DNA of 64,000 nucleotides from Takakia lepidozioides. Taxonomy: Eukaryota > Plantae > Bryophyta. Below, in pieces: positions 1-11,200 of this stretch (its first letter is position 1; each line of letters starts with the position of its first letter). A model generated the notes under the pieces. It saw only the letters and a list, made by a program, of their open reading frames with translations, ran no database searches and was not told where the DNA came from. Both the position numbers and the translations under genes were made by a program. The stretch is taken from assembly GCA_030704615.1 (NCBI GenBank), contig CM060734.1, positions 29,264,001 through 29,328,000 of the forward strand. The letters are read 5' to 3'.

Positions 1-429
1 GTTGCATACTTAATTTAAGGTTCGTGTTAGACAGAGTCAGGTTAGGTCCTGAAGGCACTGCCTAGCTCCAAGGGTGCTGCTAGTGTGGATTTATAAATTT
101 TCTATGTTATAAGTGTTTGCGTTTGTAATTTGTAACCAACAGTTAGTGCTAACTCATTGACGTATTTACGAAAACAATACTCTAGAAGTAAGTGATGCGA
201 ATGTATAATTACTTCGGGATAAATAATTATGATTTTTAGATGTATATATATAAATAGATATCCTAGTGTAAACATTAGTTATTAAGCAAACAACAAAATT
301 TAATTCCAACCAACCAACTTAATTTTTTATTCTATTTTTGAAGGATTTTATATACATATTTACGTTTAAAAGATAGGGATATTGATTTATTTAGTTTTTA
401 CTAGTCCCCATTAAATTATGTGAGTCAAG

Positions 430-1080
430 AATATATAATCAATTAAATCATTCTAAGGAAAAGATCAGCCCAACAAACAATCTTAGTATAACCAAAATAA
501 AAGGAGAGAATCAAAACTGCTTATCCAAAACCAACTAGCCTATCTAATTACTTATAGAGCTATTTCAAGGGTTTTTAAATATAAGCAAAACCAACTAAGT
601 TGCAACATGCAATAGTTGACCCCCCCAACCTCGGCGATGCAGCAAAGGTCCCTAACCAACAGACCAAGGTGGATTTGTTAGAATACAAGTAGTAATCTAA
701 CTACTTAATATTCATATCTAGGATCTATCCAATGAAAATAAACACGAGAAAACAAAAACTAACTACAAATAGAGATGCAAGAAGGGGGATTTGAACCCCT
801 AACCTCGAAGGTGCGAGCAATTTTACTAACTAGTAAGTTCCTATCGACTTCTTGACGGTAACCCAACTCTCTAATTATTTATAGAGCTATCACACGGATC
901 TGGAAATAAATTTAAAAAAAAAAATCAAAACTAGCTACAAGGTTAAAGCCAACCAATAGGAGTTGAACCCCCGACCACATGGCCTCCCACTAACTATTCT
1001 AACCATTGACCCCATGTCCACTTTTTGAAACAATTGTAGTGTCATAACTACTTATACAGATTCTCCAAAATTTGACAGGG
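430..1080 (-). repeat. Degenerate ~170-bp tandem repeat carrying tRNA-like B-box remnants
   Basis: Recurring TAAYTAYTTATA-like block near 545, 697, 872 and 1045. Minus-strand GGTTCAAATCCC and GGTTCAACTCC T-loop-like motifs near 785-800 and 960-975. Confidence 0.35.
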
Positions 1081-2207
1081 ATAGGAATAAGCACAACTGC
1101 TGGTGTCTCTTCACCCACAAAGAGTCACTACAAACCGAATTTCTGACTTCAAAGAAAGTAGAGTATGCAAGACATTACCACAGTCTAAGACCAACAACGA
1201 TGAATTGCTAAGCTTGTTATATATGAACACGTGAGCACGCACGCATATACAGCCCAGGACTAAGATGCATACCCACTCCAAACGTGTACATAGCAAGAAT
1301 AAAAATCTGTTCTTTGATGGCAGAACCAGTAAGCTCCACCACGGAGGTAATTAAGGGCTCAATTCTACGTCAAAACCACTCCAGCGATAGGTCGGACGGT
1401 ACTGATCGACCGCAGAGGTAGTTATGAATTCTGAAATAAATCCATGTGAGGTTTGTAAACATGGCGTTGGACAGTACTCTCGTTCAGTGCTACTAGTTCA
1501 GACCCTTGGATGGAGGGTTGTGGTACTGAGAGACAGGGGGACACTCTCATCACTACAGTCACTTGAGATAAGAGATTTTGTCTTCTCCATGGATATCTAA
1601 ACTATATTTCTCACTTAGGTTTTTTTTTTTTTTTTTTTTTTTTTCTGCCAACAATTTGGTAACTGATTGATTGGATTCTCTTGGCAAGGGCTCTGTACCA
1701 GTTTTAATCACATCCAGACAAATGTCACTTAATGACCATTGAGCCTAAGCAACAACCATTGAAGAAGCTACACCTTTGTGGCCAGAGAGCAATGATGGTG
1801 ACGACGTGATCTGTATCAAATCGTGAAGCGAACCTGATGATCAGAAATCTATATATTGACACCTTATGCTACCCGCGTACAGTTAATATCATTACTAGAT
1901 CGGTAAGGTTCTAATCGTCATTAATGCTTAATTAAACTCAACGTTTCAGATCGTTGGCCATCCTTCACGAATTATACTATGATGATCAGATCACTGTTTG
2001 TTTTATTTCTATACACAAAACAACTTTCAGAAAGAATTGGTCACCGCTAGCTATTACGAGTCAGCCGGTGATTAACGTGTTCCATCAGTAGATCGTTTCA
2101 CGAACCTTCGGCCTCCTTCTTGAAATTCTTTCTTCGTTCAATCCCGCCGATCGCTTGTCCTTCAGATCGGAATCTGCCCGATTCACGTGTATCTACAAGC
2201 ACTTCAA

Positions 2208-2232
2208 TTATATATATATATATATATATATA
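2208..2232. repeat. (TA)n microsatellite
   Basis: Direct read of the sequence. Confidence 0.9.
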
Positions 2233-2378
2233 AACAACTGATCGCTGGTCCCTCAGATCAGATTCTATGATCTGCTTCACGGTGTATCTACAAGCACTTC
2301 AAATGCACCTTCTACTATCTATGGCAACCTCCTTTCCTGAGCTATTGCAAAGCACACACTCAAGCTACTACTGATAAT

Positions 2379-2420
2379 AGAGAGAGAGAGAGAGAGAGCG
2401 AGAGAGATAGAGTGAGAGAG
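2379..2420. repeat. (GA)n microsatellite
   Basis: Direct read of the sequence. Confidence 0.9.
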
Positions 2421-3289
2421 ACTAGATTGTGTGTGCTCGGACCTTCCGCCGGCTGCTTTATAGCAACTCGTCATCCTCTGTTATATATCCATCCGTCCAA
2501 CTATTTTGACGGATGTCATCCATCTGTTTTAAATAAATAAATAAAGCACCAATGATGTAGGTTAGGTGCATTTAAGCACGGCACCTAGTTAAAATATTTA
2601 ACTAATTATTCCTAGAGTGTCCATTAATATAATATAGAATCTTTTTATTTTAATCTGTTAGATCTGTCCCCTCCATCTGGACGGACTAGGTCAAGCCACG
2701 TGTTTATCATCCATCTGTTGTCATTGTCATCCATTTTATTTTTGTCATCCAGCCTGTAATCTCTCATCCATCCGTTGATTTCATCTATCTGTAACTTTCA
2801 TCCCTCCATAATGTTCATCCATCTTCCATCCTTGAGATTCATCCTTTCATTTTCCGTTCATCCACCTTCCATTCATAGTGTTGTCATCCATCCCCTGATT
2901 TCATCCATTTTCATTTTTCCTTATAATTTTCATCCATCCAGGGACATGACCAACTTAAGTTGGTACACGGTCCGTTTTAAGTCCTTATGAATGTTGCTTC
3001 TCATCCATGTTATTCATCCGTTTGGGAAGTGGGATCGCTACCCTTGATCAGCCAATATCCAGCGGTTAACATTTATCCTTGTTTTCCTGTTAGATCCCTT
3101 TTCCGTGCTATTTTGAGATCGGGGAGAGGTTCCCATGCTTGAAGTAGCGAGTTGTAGCGTTGTCTTGAGAGTCGTCTGCTGGTGAGATCCTCCAGCAAGA
3201 TAAGCATATTTTCCTGCATTTGCTAACTTACAAAGACATCGATCCTGAATCATTCTTGGCGCTGAAGACTATTCATTGATTTCTAGATC

Positions 3290-3670
3290 CTACCTCCATA
3301 CCACGTAGCCTCTAGAGTACTGTCCGCACCAAAAGCTGCATTCCTCTACGATGCACTCCAATGCCACATGGTCTGTCAACCCCGGAATCAAGGAGTTGTC
3401 ATTGGACTGGTCCTCTCTCTGATGGGATGCCACTTTTTGTAGGTTCTCCAGTGATACAGCGTCCTCCGGAATGACAATTCCGTTGCCAAGGCTCCCATGG
3501 TCAGACAAACTAGTCGCCAAAGATGGGTTTTCAAAAATCCGAATCCGGTTCACAGTCTGAGAGCGAGACCTTTTCCTATCCTCCTGGAACATGTCGTTGA
3601 TCTTCTTTGAGGAAGAAGCCGTTATCACATCCGGCTTGCTCCGATAGTTACTCCAACTCTGCCATTGCTA
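3290..3670 (-). pseudogene. N-terminal fragment of an F-box (kelch-type) protein gene
   Basis: SLIPGLTDHVALECI matches the plant F-box/kelch start LIPGLPDDVALxCL; the match breaks off immediately afterwards. Confidence 0.55.
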
Positions 3671-3789
3671 TATTTCACTTCTTGAAGATTTTCTACTATA
3701 ATTTTGTACTCAACTCAATAAAATATACACTAATGTACATGAAAGATGTTGTTTTAATTAGAATAAAAAAAAAGATGATCGACACCTGG

Positions 3790-4678
3790 TAGCAAAAAAT
3801 CTCAACCCACTGCATTCTCCCAGCCACAGAAAAGGCCCTTCAAGGCATCTTTGGCAAAGATAATATCGTTCAAATTCACTTCGGCAAGATTGACTGGTCT
3901 GAAAAGACAAAACACACCGGCTTGGCCCTCATCACTTGCAGGAACCCCAGTATCTACACGCAATGGTATAATCGGCCACCCACCTTAGTAATTGACAAGT
4001 ACATTCAGTTCGAGCCACATATCAACAGCTTGAACGGGGCTGTTCCCCTGGCTGCGGAGATACTCGAGCGACTGAGAGTCGCCAATATCAACCAGGCCCT
4101 TGCCGACACTGTTCAATCTATCAGCTTCAAGTCGACCTCAAACCAAAAACAAGGCCATGACTCACTAATGGCAGAAATTGACAAGCGACTGGCCGCTCAC
4201 GCCATCTCCATCAAGACGGGTATCAAAGAGGATCTGGTGGCCATGGAAAATAGGGTCTCAATCAGCATGGCTGCCCAGCAAGAAGAACATCACACTTACC
4301 TCATGTCGCTCCAGGAGTCTATCACCAAGAATCTAGGTGCTAACTTAGCACTCTTCTTCGAGCATGCGAACAAGGTACTTGAGAAACTACCCACCCCCCC
4401 ATGTAGGCTCAACCAACCCACAGGGCAAGGCGCGGCCAGTATCGCAGAGAACGCACACACAAGAGCTCGTCAGCCGTTGGCTCTACTCGAGCTCCATTTC
4501 GCGCCCCCCCCTTCCGCTTCAACTCTGCGGGCTCTATGGGGGCCATGACCTCACACCAGCAGCAGCTGCCTCCGGCACACCCTCAGCATGCGGACAGTGC
4601 CCCTGCAGTGGCAACTCACCTCGCCAACGCCAACACGACCCATGCGTAAATCTGCAAAGGCAACACGTTCCACGAATA
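3790..4678 (+). mobile_element. Probable LINE ORF1 3' part, separated from its ORF2 by inversion
   Basis: ORF 3922-4548 is helical/coiled-coil-like with a Pro/basic tail and a C/A-rich composition like the LINE at 13.3-20.2 kb. It reads into the reverse complement of 20188 (…TRSTN-TQRERER*) when the inversion is undone. Confidence 0.45.
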
Positions 4679-5560
4679 TTACAAGGATGAGGAAGAATCC
4701 GAGAAGGAGGTGGGGGAGGTACAAGTTGGGATTGAGGCCGATGAGCCCCCGGTTTACGAGTGAGTGGTCGCATTGTAAGTTGCCTCTTGATTTTGTGAGG
4801 CACCTCCCTTCGCTCTCTTATTTCATTGAAAGACCCTTTTTGGCTTCTGCTGGTATTGACATTCTTAAAGTGGATTTGTTCTTACTGCAGGATGCCAAGT
4901 ACTGCAGGAGGGACGTCTACACCGCAGTTCATGGGCAGGAGGAACATGCCTTTTTTTTCCAGGGGGGATTTCATGTCGAGTCCAGAAAGGGACTACATCC
5001 TTCCTACTTATGTTGCCCGGCTTGCTTCAGTGTCCATTAGGAGGTCTTCCAAACCTAGTCGTGTACAACAGATTTTAGACGAGGCAAGCCTCAAGAAAAT
5101 GAAGATGAGGGAGGAGGCAGCAGCTATTAGAGCCCGTCAGGCTCGTAGATTTGTCTTGGATTCTCCTGAGGAAAGTGGGGGAGAAGAGGCAGAAGATTCC
5201 CAGGAGGTGAGGTGGACAGTCCCCCAAGGAGAGGACGGAATTTTTGAGAGGCATAGTGGAACTGATGCATCATAGAGTTCAGAGGATGGGGGGGATGAGG
5301 GGGATGAGGAGGAAGGTGGGGCAAGTTCCTTGGAGGGTGTAAGAGAGTAGTGCCCATTCCGGCTATGACAGTTAGGACACACTTGTATAGATGTGGCTTG
5401 CCACAAAATTTGCAATAAAATGTTGCATTTCATTGCTATGACGAGTCCACTGGTGCCACATTCCAACTTCACATGACCCTATTTCCGTGGACACACAATG
5501 GTCCGCTCATGCTTTTTTTTTTTCCGCTCATGCTCATGTCGCTCATGAAATAGCAGCCCC
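4679..5560 (+). mobile_element. Displaced (inverted) left end of MULE-MTase element 1: MTase 3' tail, downstream region and TIR
   Basis: 4680-5400 aligns with 61860-62560, which follows the MTase fragment there. It ends in GCTCATGAAATAGCAGCCCC, matching the other end at 35421-35437. Confidence 0.8.
5502..5560 (-). repeat. TIR of MULE-MTase element 1 with CCGCTCATG subterminal repeats; TSD TTTGCTGCG at 5561-5569
   Basis: 5'-GGGGCTGCTATTTCATGAGC versus 5'-GAGGTTAGCTATTTCATGAGC at the other end. The flanking 9-mers are reverse complements. Confidence 0.8.
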
Positions 5561-6085
5561 TTTGCTGCGCAACCGCATCCGATCTGTCGGATTTGGTGGA
5601 TGGTCTCGATGCTCCCACGCTCTCATGTTTTTTTTATTGCCGAATTTTCGCAAAATTTCAACATAAAATAAAATAAAATAAAATATTTTGTCGCAAATTC
5701 CCTGTTTTTTTATGGATGAAATCGCAAAATTTCTCCAAGTAAAACACAAACTATGGATGATTTTGCCAATTATGGATGATATATGTGGATCATAGTACAG
5801 AGGTGGATGAACAGGATGTACAGCTATTTTTTGCAAAACTCTGGAGCCAGTCGTGGTGTTTTCCAAATTTAAAAAAAAAACAAAACTGAATTATTGTCGC
5901 GCCGCGCCGCATGGAGCGGGAGATCTCCCCTTGCGGCCATAATTTAGCCTACAGCCACCGTACCTAGTGTCGGCGCTGCGTTCAATAACGCCGCCGCCGC
6001 GGTATTGTAGCCGCGAAAAGCTGGGCTATGATCATTGCCCTGGTGTACAAGCAATAAATACAGGCACGGGGGGCCTCCCGTACTC
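5561..6085 (-). repeat. Inverted homologue of 35505-35775 (Sola-like element spacer) with a ~270-bp AT-rich insert at ~5625-5895
   Basis: Direct reverse-complement alignment, e.g. TTTGCTGCGCAACC..GGTGGATGGTCTCGA and TACAAGCAATAAATACAGGCACG. Confidence 0.85.
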
Positions 6086-6499
6086 TAACTAGCGACCCAC
6101 TCGTCGACTGTTTCCTGCCGCGCAATGCACTCGCCAATCTCATTGGCAAAGTCGGAAATGCAGATGAGGTTTGCCCTAATGTCCTCAGTTCCCTCAACAC
6201 GATTGCTGCTCTCCCTCTCAAAGTTGTCCCGCGGCATGTCCACACTACCTTCATTCTCTCGTAACACAGTGGGAGTCTGAGCAGACTGGACTGGATGACA
6301 GGAATTCAATGGAGAGAAAAGAGAATAGGGTAACTGTGAGCATGAGCAGCGGACACAAATATGCTTACCCCAGAACTTCCGAAATGATCTCAATGGTCAT
6401 ATCCTTTTTCGGAATCCCTATATCCAGCATATGTGTTGACTGCATATCCTTGACGTTGACTTTTAAAAATGTTCATGCACTCTTGAAATCCCCGTAATG

Positions 6500-7900
6500 A
6501 ATATGGTTAATCACCTGGGTATCACTAGTGTCCCAATATTCTCCGGAGATTCATATTATGACGCAGATAAGAATGATGAAAAAGAGAACGGGAGGTCTCC
6601 CCTAGATCATCTGTCCCAGTCCTCAATGGATAGGATGTTCAATGGACTTTTGCCAACTCACACTTTCAACCCATCATAATCTTATGTAATGACAGAGCAA
6701 TCACATTTCAGGCTTGTGCATGGCAAGACTTACATGAAGGCCACACAAGATTTTAGATTACATTGCCAGTGTGTAATATAAAGTCTTGTGTGACCCTCTG
6801 TAAGTTTTTGGATGCATTCCCAAATGTCCTGTAATGAATGTTACTAATCACTTGGGTATCTGTGGTGTGTTGTACCAGCCATGTCCTGCGCAAGGTTCAT
6901 CCTAAAATACTCAAGAATGGTCAATAGACCGGAAGGGAGAAGGTTTGAATGATCCAAATTCTACAGATTGGACACACTGAAAGACACAGATGAACATGGT
7001 CAAAGGAGGACGACGGGAGATCTCCCGTCAATGGACTTCTGCCAACACACACTTTGAACCCATCATCGTTTGAAGCAATGACAGAGCATTCAGAAGCAGA
7101 GACATACTTCCTGCATGTGCATTGCCATACTTACAAAGTGATCTGCAAGATCTTAGATAACATCGCCAGTGTGTTACCTAAAGTCTTGTGGATCACTTTG
7201 TAAGAATATGGACGCACTCGGGAAAGTCCACTAGTAAATTGTAGCACTCCACTCTGATTGAGTTTTGGAGAGATGATTGGAAAACCAGATCCAGACCTTT
7301 GTGCATTCATGGAACATAGACTCATCATCTGGGTATCAGTATTGTGTCGTGCCGGTCTAGTCTTGCGCGATGTTCATTTCAAAACAGAGATATGAATTAT
7401 CAAATGGAGGACGGGAGGTTATCGCCGGAGGTTCATATTAAGACGCACATAAGAATGACAAAAAGAGAACGGGAGGTCTCCCGCCAACGGAGCGACGGGA
7501 GATCTCCCGTCAATCCACCTCTGCCAGCAAAAAATTTCAACCCATCATCATTTGAAGCAATGACAGAGCATTCAAAACAAGAGACATACTTCCTGTATGT
7601 GCATGGCCATAGTTACAAAGTGATACCCAAGATCTTAGATAACATCGCCAGTGTGTTACCTAAAGTCTTGTGAATCACTTTGCAAGAGTATGGACGCACT
7701 CAGGAAAGTCCTCTAATAAATGCTTTTAATCATCTGGGTATCAGTATAGTGTCGTGCCAGTATTGCGCGATGTTCATCTCAAAATAGAGATGAATAATTA
7801 AATGGAGGACGGGGGTTCTCCAGTTAGAGCTAGGAAGGGAGATCTCCCATCAATGGAGGACAGGAGATCTCCCCTAGATCATCTGTTCCAGTACCTTTCT
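6500..7900 (+). repeat. Complex repeat block with ACGGGAGATCTCCCGT palindromes, homologous to 41800-42762
   Basis: Shared units such as GATCTTAGATAACATCGCCAGTGTGTTACCTAAAGTCTTGTG and CAGGCTTGTGCATGGCAAGACTTACATGAAGG. Perfect 18-bp palindromes at 7012-7029 and 7494-7511. Confidence 0.85.
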
Positions 7901-7937
7901 GTTCAACAGAAAGATAATGAGGTTTGCCAAAATCAAA

Positions 7938-10900
7938 TTAGGAGCTGAGTTTGTACGTGCTTACCATAAGCGAGTATGTGACCATCCCGCCACAATACAC
8001 ATTGACAGCGCAAGATCCCTCCGGACAGAAGAGATCAACGACTTGGTCGTTGGCTGATGATCGGATCTCATTATTGTAGTACCGACTTTCTAGAGGATTT
8101 TTCGATTCTTCCGCCTCTGTATGTAGCACTCTTGGTATGTATCGATCTTCGGGTTTGATACACCCCCGCACAACCTCGTCCACTCTGTCCCAATCCGACT
8201 CTGCCATTGGAAAAATGAAATGGAAATGAATTACTGGAGTCTCAAAATTCCTTGTCTTGAAAAAAAATCTCCCTCTTCGCTGGTATGTAGAAGCTTGTCT
8301 CTATAAGGAATTTCGCCTTTGAGGAGTTAATGTACGCCATCAGCTCACGAGAGCTATCAGTATCGGTGATGACACAGAATATGTTGGTCCTGATTTTTCT
8401 TGACCTCATGCCGTTGAAGAGGTCCACGAACTCATTTTCCGTCCAAGGCTCGATCTTGTCTGGTAGCTCATTCAATGTGCTAACCATGATGAGTGAAACA
8501 ACTTCAAAAGTTTTTGTGGCAAACATGCCAGCGTCCCAATATCCCGAGCCTTGTTCCCAATCTTGCACACATTGTAAACTCTATCCAACAAACATCCGGT
8601 CGACTCTGCAAGCGTTTTCACGGCTTTAATTAGATTCACAAATTGAATGGGTTGCTTCTGCTTTTCCGTCGTTGCCTTCAGTTTTGCATCAAGGTAGGTG
8701 TCCCCGAGAGCATTCTTAAAGTTCACAAATTGGGCCTTGTTGATTTCGTACTTATGCTTGATGGCCTGCCACTCAGCCTTTGTGTATGGATGTCGGTTGT
8801 CCTTCGTCGGCTCCTTAAATCCAAAGCCGACCATGATATCATCAATAATGTGCCTCCTCAACTTCTTGTACTTGCAATAATCCTCCAGACTCAGAACATC
8901 GGTGTCAGGCCCAGTGTATAGATGACGCATCGACACTTTGTTGTTGAGTAACATGGTGCCAACCTTCCAAATCTGGCTGTTGTCCAAACCTTGCAGTCGA
9001 GCCACGCTAGATTTTTTGAGTGCTGGCTGCTCCTTCAGGGGGATGTTCCCTTTGGGGTCAATGAGCTCGCCCTTTTCCTATCTTGAGAAAACTTTTGTCC
9101 AGTAATTCCAGGTCCGATCAGAGGTGAACACAAATGGCATTGCCTCCTTGTCGCTTTTCACATCAAGAATGGTTTGAGCTCCGATAAAATGAAATCCTGC
9201 ACATACCAGCAAGTGTAGTTATCTACCACAGGAGGTCTCCCTTGCTAACTTTCAACTTCAGCCAACACTTCTAGCTAACTTCCAGCTTAACTTCCAGCAT
9301 GAGGATGTTGTCAATTGGTCGGTGTTGGACACTACAAGCAGCGAAAAATCACCCATTGATCAAGCTCCTTTCAAGGGTGCTTTGTATTTTGAAGCTCCTT
9401 CTGGAGTGTCTCCTGCTTCGTACTGTGGTGCTTCTCCATATCTCCATGTCTACCAATTTGGTGACATTCTCGCCCTAGAGGAGAGGCACACCTTTGTAAA
9501 GAAACCCTTAAAAACCCAAGTGACCATCAAAACTTCAAATTTTGATGGTCATTTGGTTTTTTAAGGATTTCTATACACGTGTGTGGATCTCTTCCAGATC
9601 AAGAATGTTACCAGATTGGAAAAAGAAGAGCTAGAGAAGCACCGTTATGAAGCAGAACACATTCCAGAAGACCTCAACGGATGAGAAGGGTTGGGACAAC
9701 GAATGTGGGGGCTGGTGTCATCGGCTGGTCCTATCGCCGCCTGGGACTGAGTACACAATGAGATTGAGTCCAAAGTTCAAATATAATCTAGACATCCATT
9801 GCATCGCTGCAGTGATAGATGAATGGCAAGAAAGGACGGGAGACCTCCCGTGGTCACACTCACTTTCCACTGTTGTGTCTCGACCCATCGATGCTCATCA
9901 TACTTCTGGGGCCACTCCTAATAATGGTAATATCTTCTGCAGTGACGGACCTTCTCATAGAAAGACGGTTCGTAAAGATTCTCCTTGTTGGGCTTGTTCA
10001 AAACCTTCGAGATAGTCACCACTCGCAGCTCATCCGTCGAGTACACTATCTTAGCAGGCCATGTATGTAGAGATTTTATCAGCACATCATTACTCAGTGC
10101 CGGATCCTCCAGAAGCTCCTGCAATCATCACACTTCAGTTGATTAGCATTAGAAGAAAAAATAGTGGACAACTACGTAGTCAAATCGTAAGTAGAATTTC
10201 ACGAAGGTGAGTTAGCACGGGAGACCTCCCCTGACCTGGGTTGCCATCAATGTGTGTTGGCCTCCGATAATAAAAAATGTTGTCTTCTGCAATTCGCGCT
10301 CATTGACGGGCTTCCTGCTCCACACCTTCGTGGGGTCTGTCTCGTGTCGTGGCAACAAGTAAACAAGCATTTTTTAGTCAATTAGGTTGTACGCAACTAG
10401 CCATGATTTTATCTCCAACTTGTGCTTCTCACAGAGTGGTCGATATACCATATGCTGTGGGGCCAGAAAATAGCAGTTGATGTCCACTTCCTGGACAAAG
10501 TCAAATCCAAACGGGAATATATCCTGGTATTCCTTAACCAGAGTCTTCTCGACCTTCTTCGCCTCATCCATGTCGAAAATCTCGTCAGTCTTCAGACGCC
10601 TCTTTTCTTGGTTATTCACGATGTCGATGGTCTTCCGTTGTTTTCTTCCCCCCTCTTCTTCGTCATCATCTCCATTTCCTTCTTTTGGCTTTCTCCTTTT
10701 TTCGGATTTTTTTTCTCGTGTCCTCCAATTGCTTTTGCTCCAATTGGAGTCGTTGTTCCTCCAATTGTTGTCTCTCCTTGGCATTATTGTAGAGAATTCC
10801 GTCGAGATATTCCCAGCTCTTGAGGATTTCCATCTCCAAGTTGTCTTCGACCACAGGGACCGTGAATCCCAGCCGAATCGCGAATTCCATCAGATCACTA

Positions 10901-11200
10901 CTCAGATTCATGGCATCAACGGAGAACCCTAATACCTTCTCCCCTTTCCGCGTGTTCTCACGGATGAACACAGCAAGGGTAATTCTGTTATCCCTCACCA
11001 AGTCCTCCGTTTCAATTGCCAACACATCACAATACTGAAGTGTTCTCCTTTCCGCACCGTTCTGGTAACTTTAGACGGCTTTCTTTGGGTTCGGGGAGTC
11101 TGCAACGTCGATACCCCAGTAGTTGATACTCCTCTTTAGCTCGTAGAAGCCCTGATGATTTGTTGTGAATCCTTCAATGTGCGAAGGCACCGGCAATCTC
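7938..11200 (-). pseudogene. Multi-exon ParB/Srx-like protein with a degenerate C-terminal methyltransferase-like fold (copy A)
   Basis: N-terminal coiled coil, then MVYRPL…FFIIGGQHT…A (ParB-like GGxHR/T motif at ~10250-10280). GT-AG intron 10235-10119. C-terminal VVDLFCPEGSCAVNVYCGG resembles MTase motif X/I. Contains stops and frameshifts. Confidence 0.6.

Larger units (their letters stand above)
1838..3050 (-). mobile_element. Possible solo LTR or LTR-like remnant
   Basis: TGATCA...TGATCA ends, a minus-strand TATA-like GCTATAAAG followed by (CT)n, and many TCATCC repeats. No TSD found. Confidence 0.25.

Noticed and set aside
5625-5895. MITE call for the AT-rich insert
   Set aside because: The insertion is real by comparison with 35700-35720, but I found no TIR or TSD.
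7012-7029. AGATCT or GGCGCC palindrome cores as the actual MTase target sites
   Set aside because: The cores vary freely between copies (GGTC, GACC, GCAC), so target specificity cannot be read from them.
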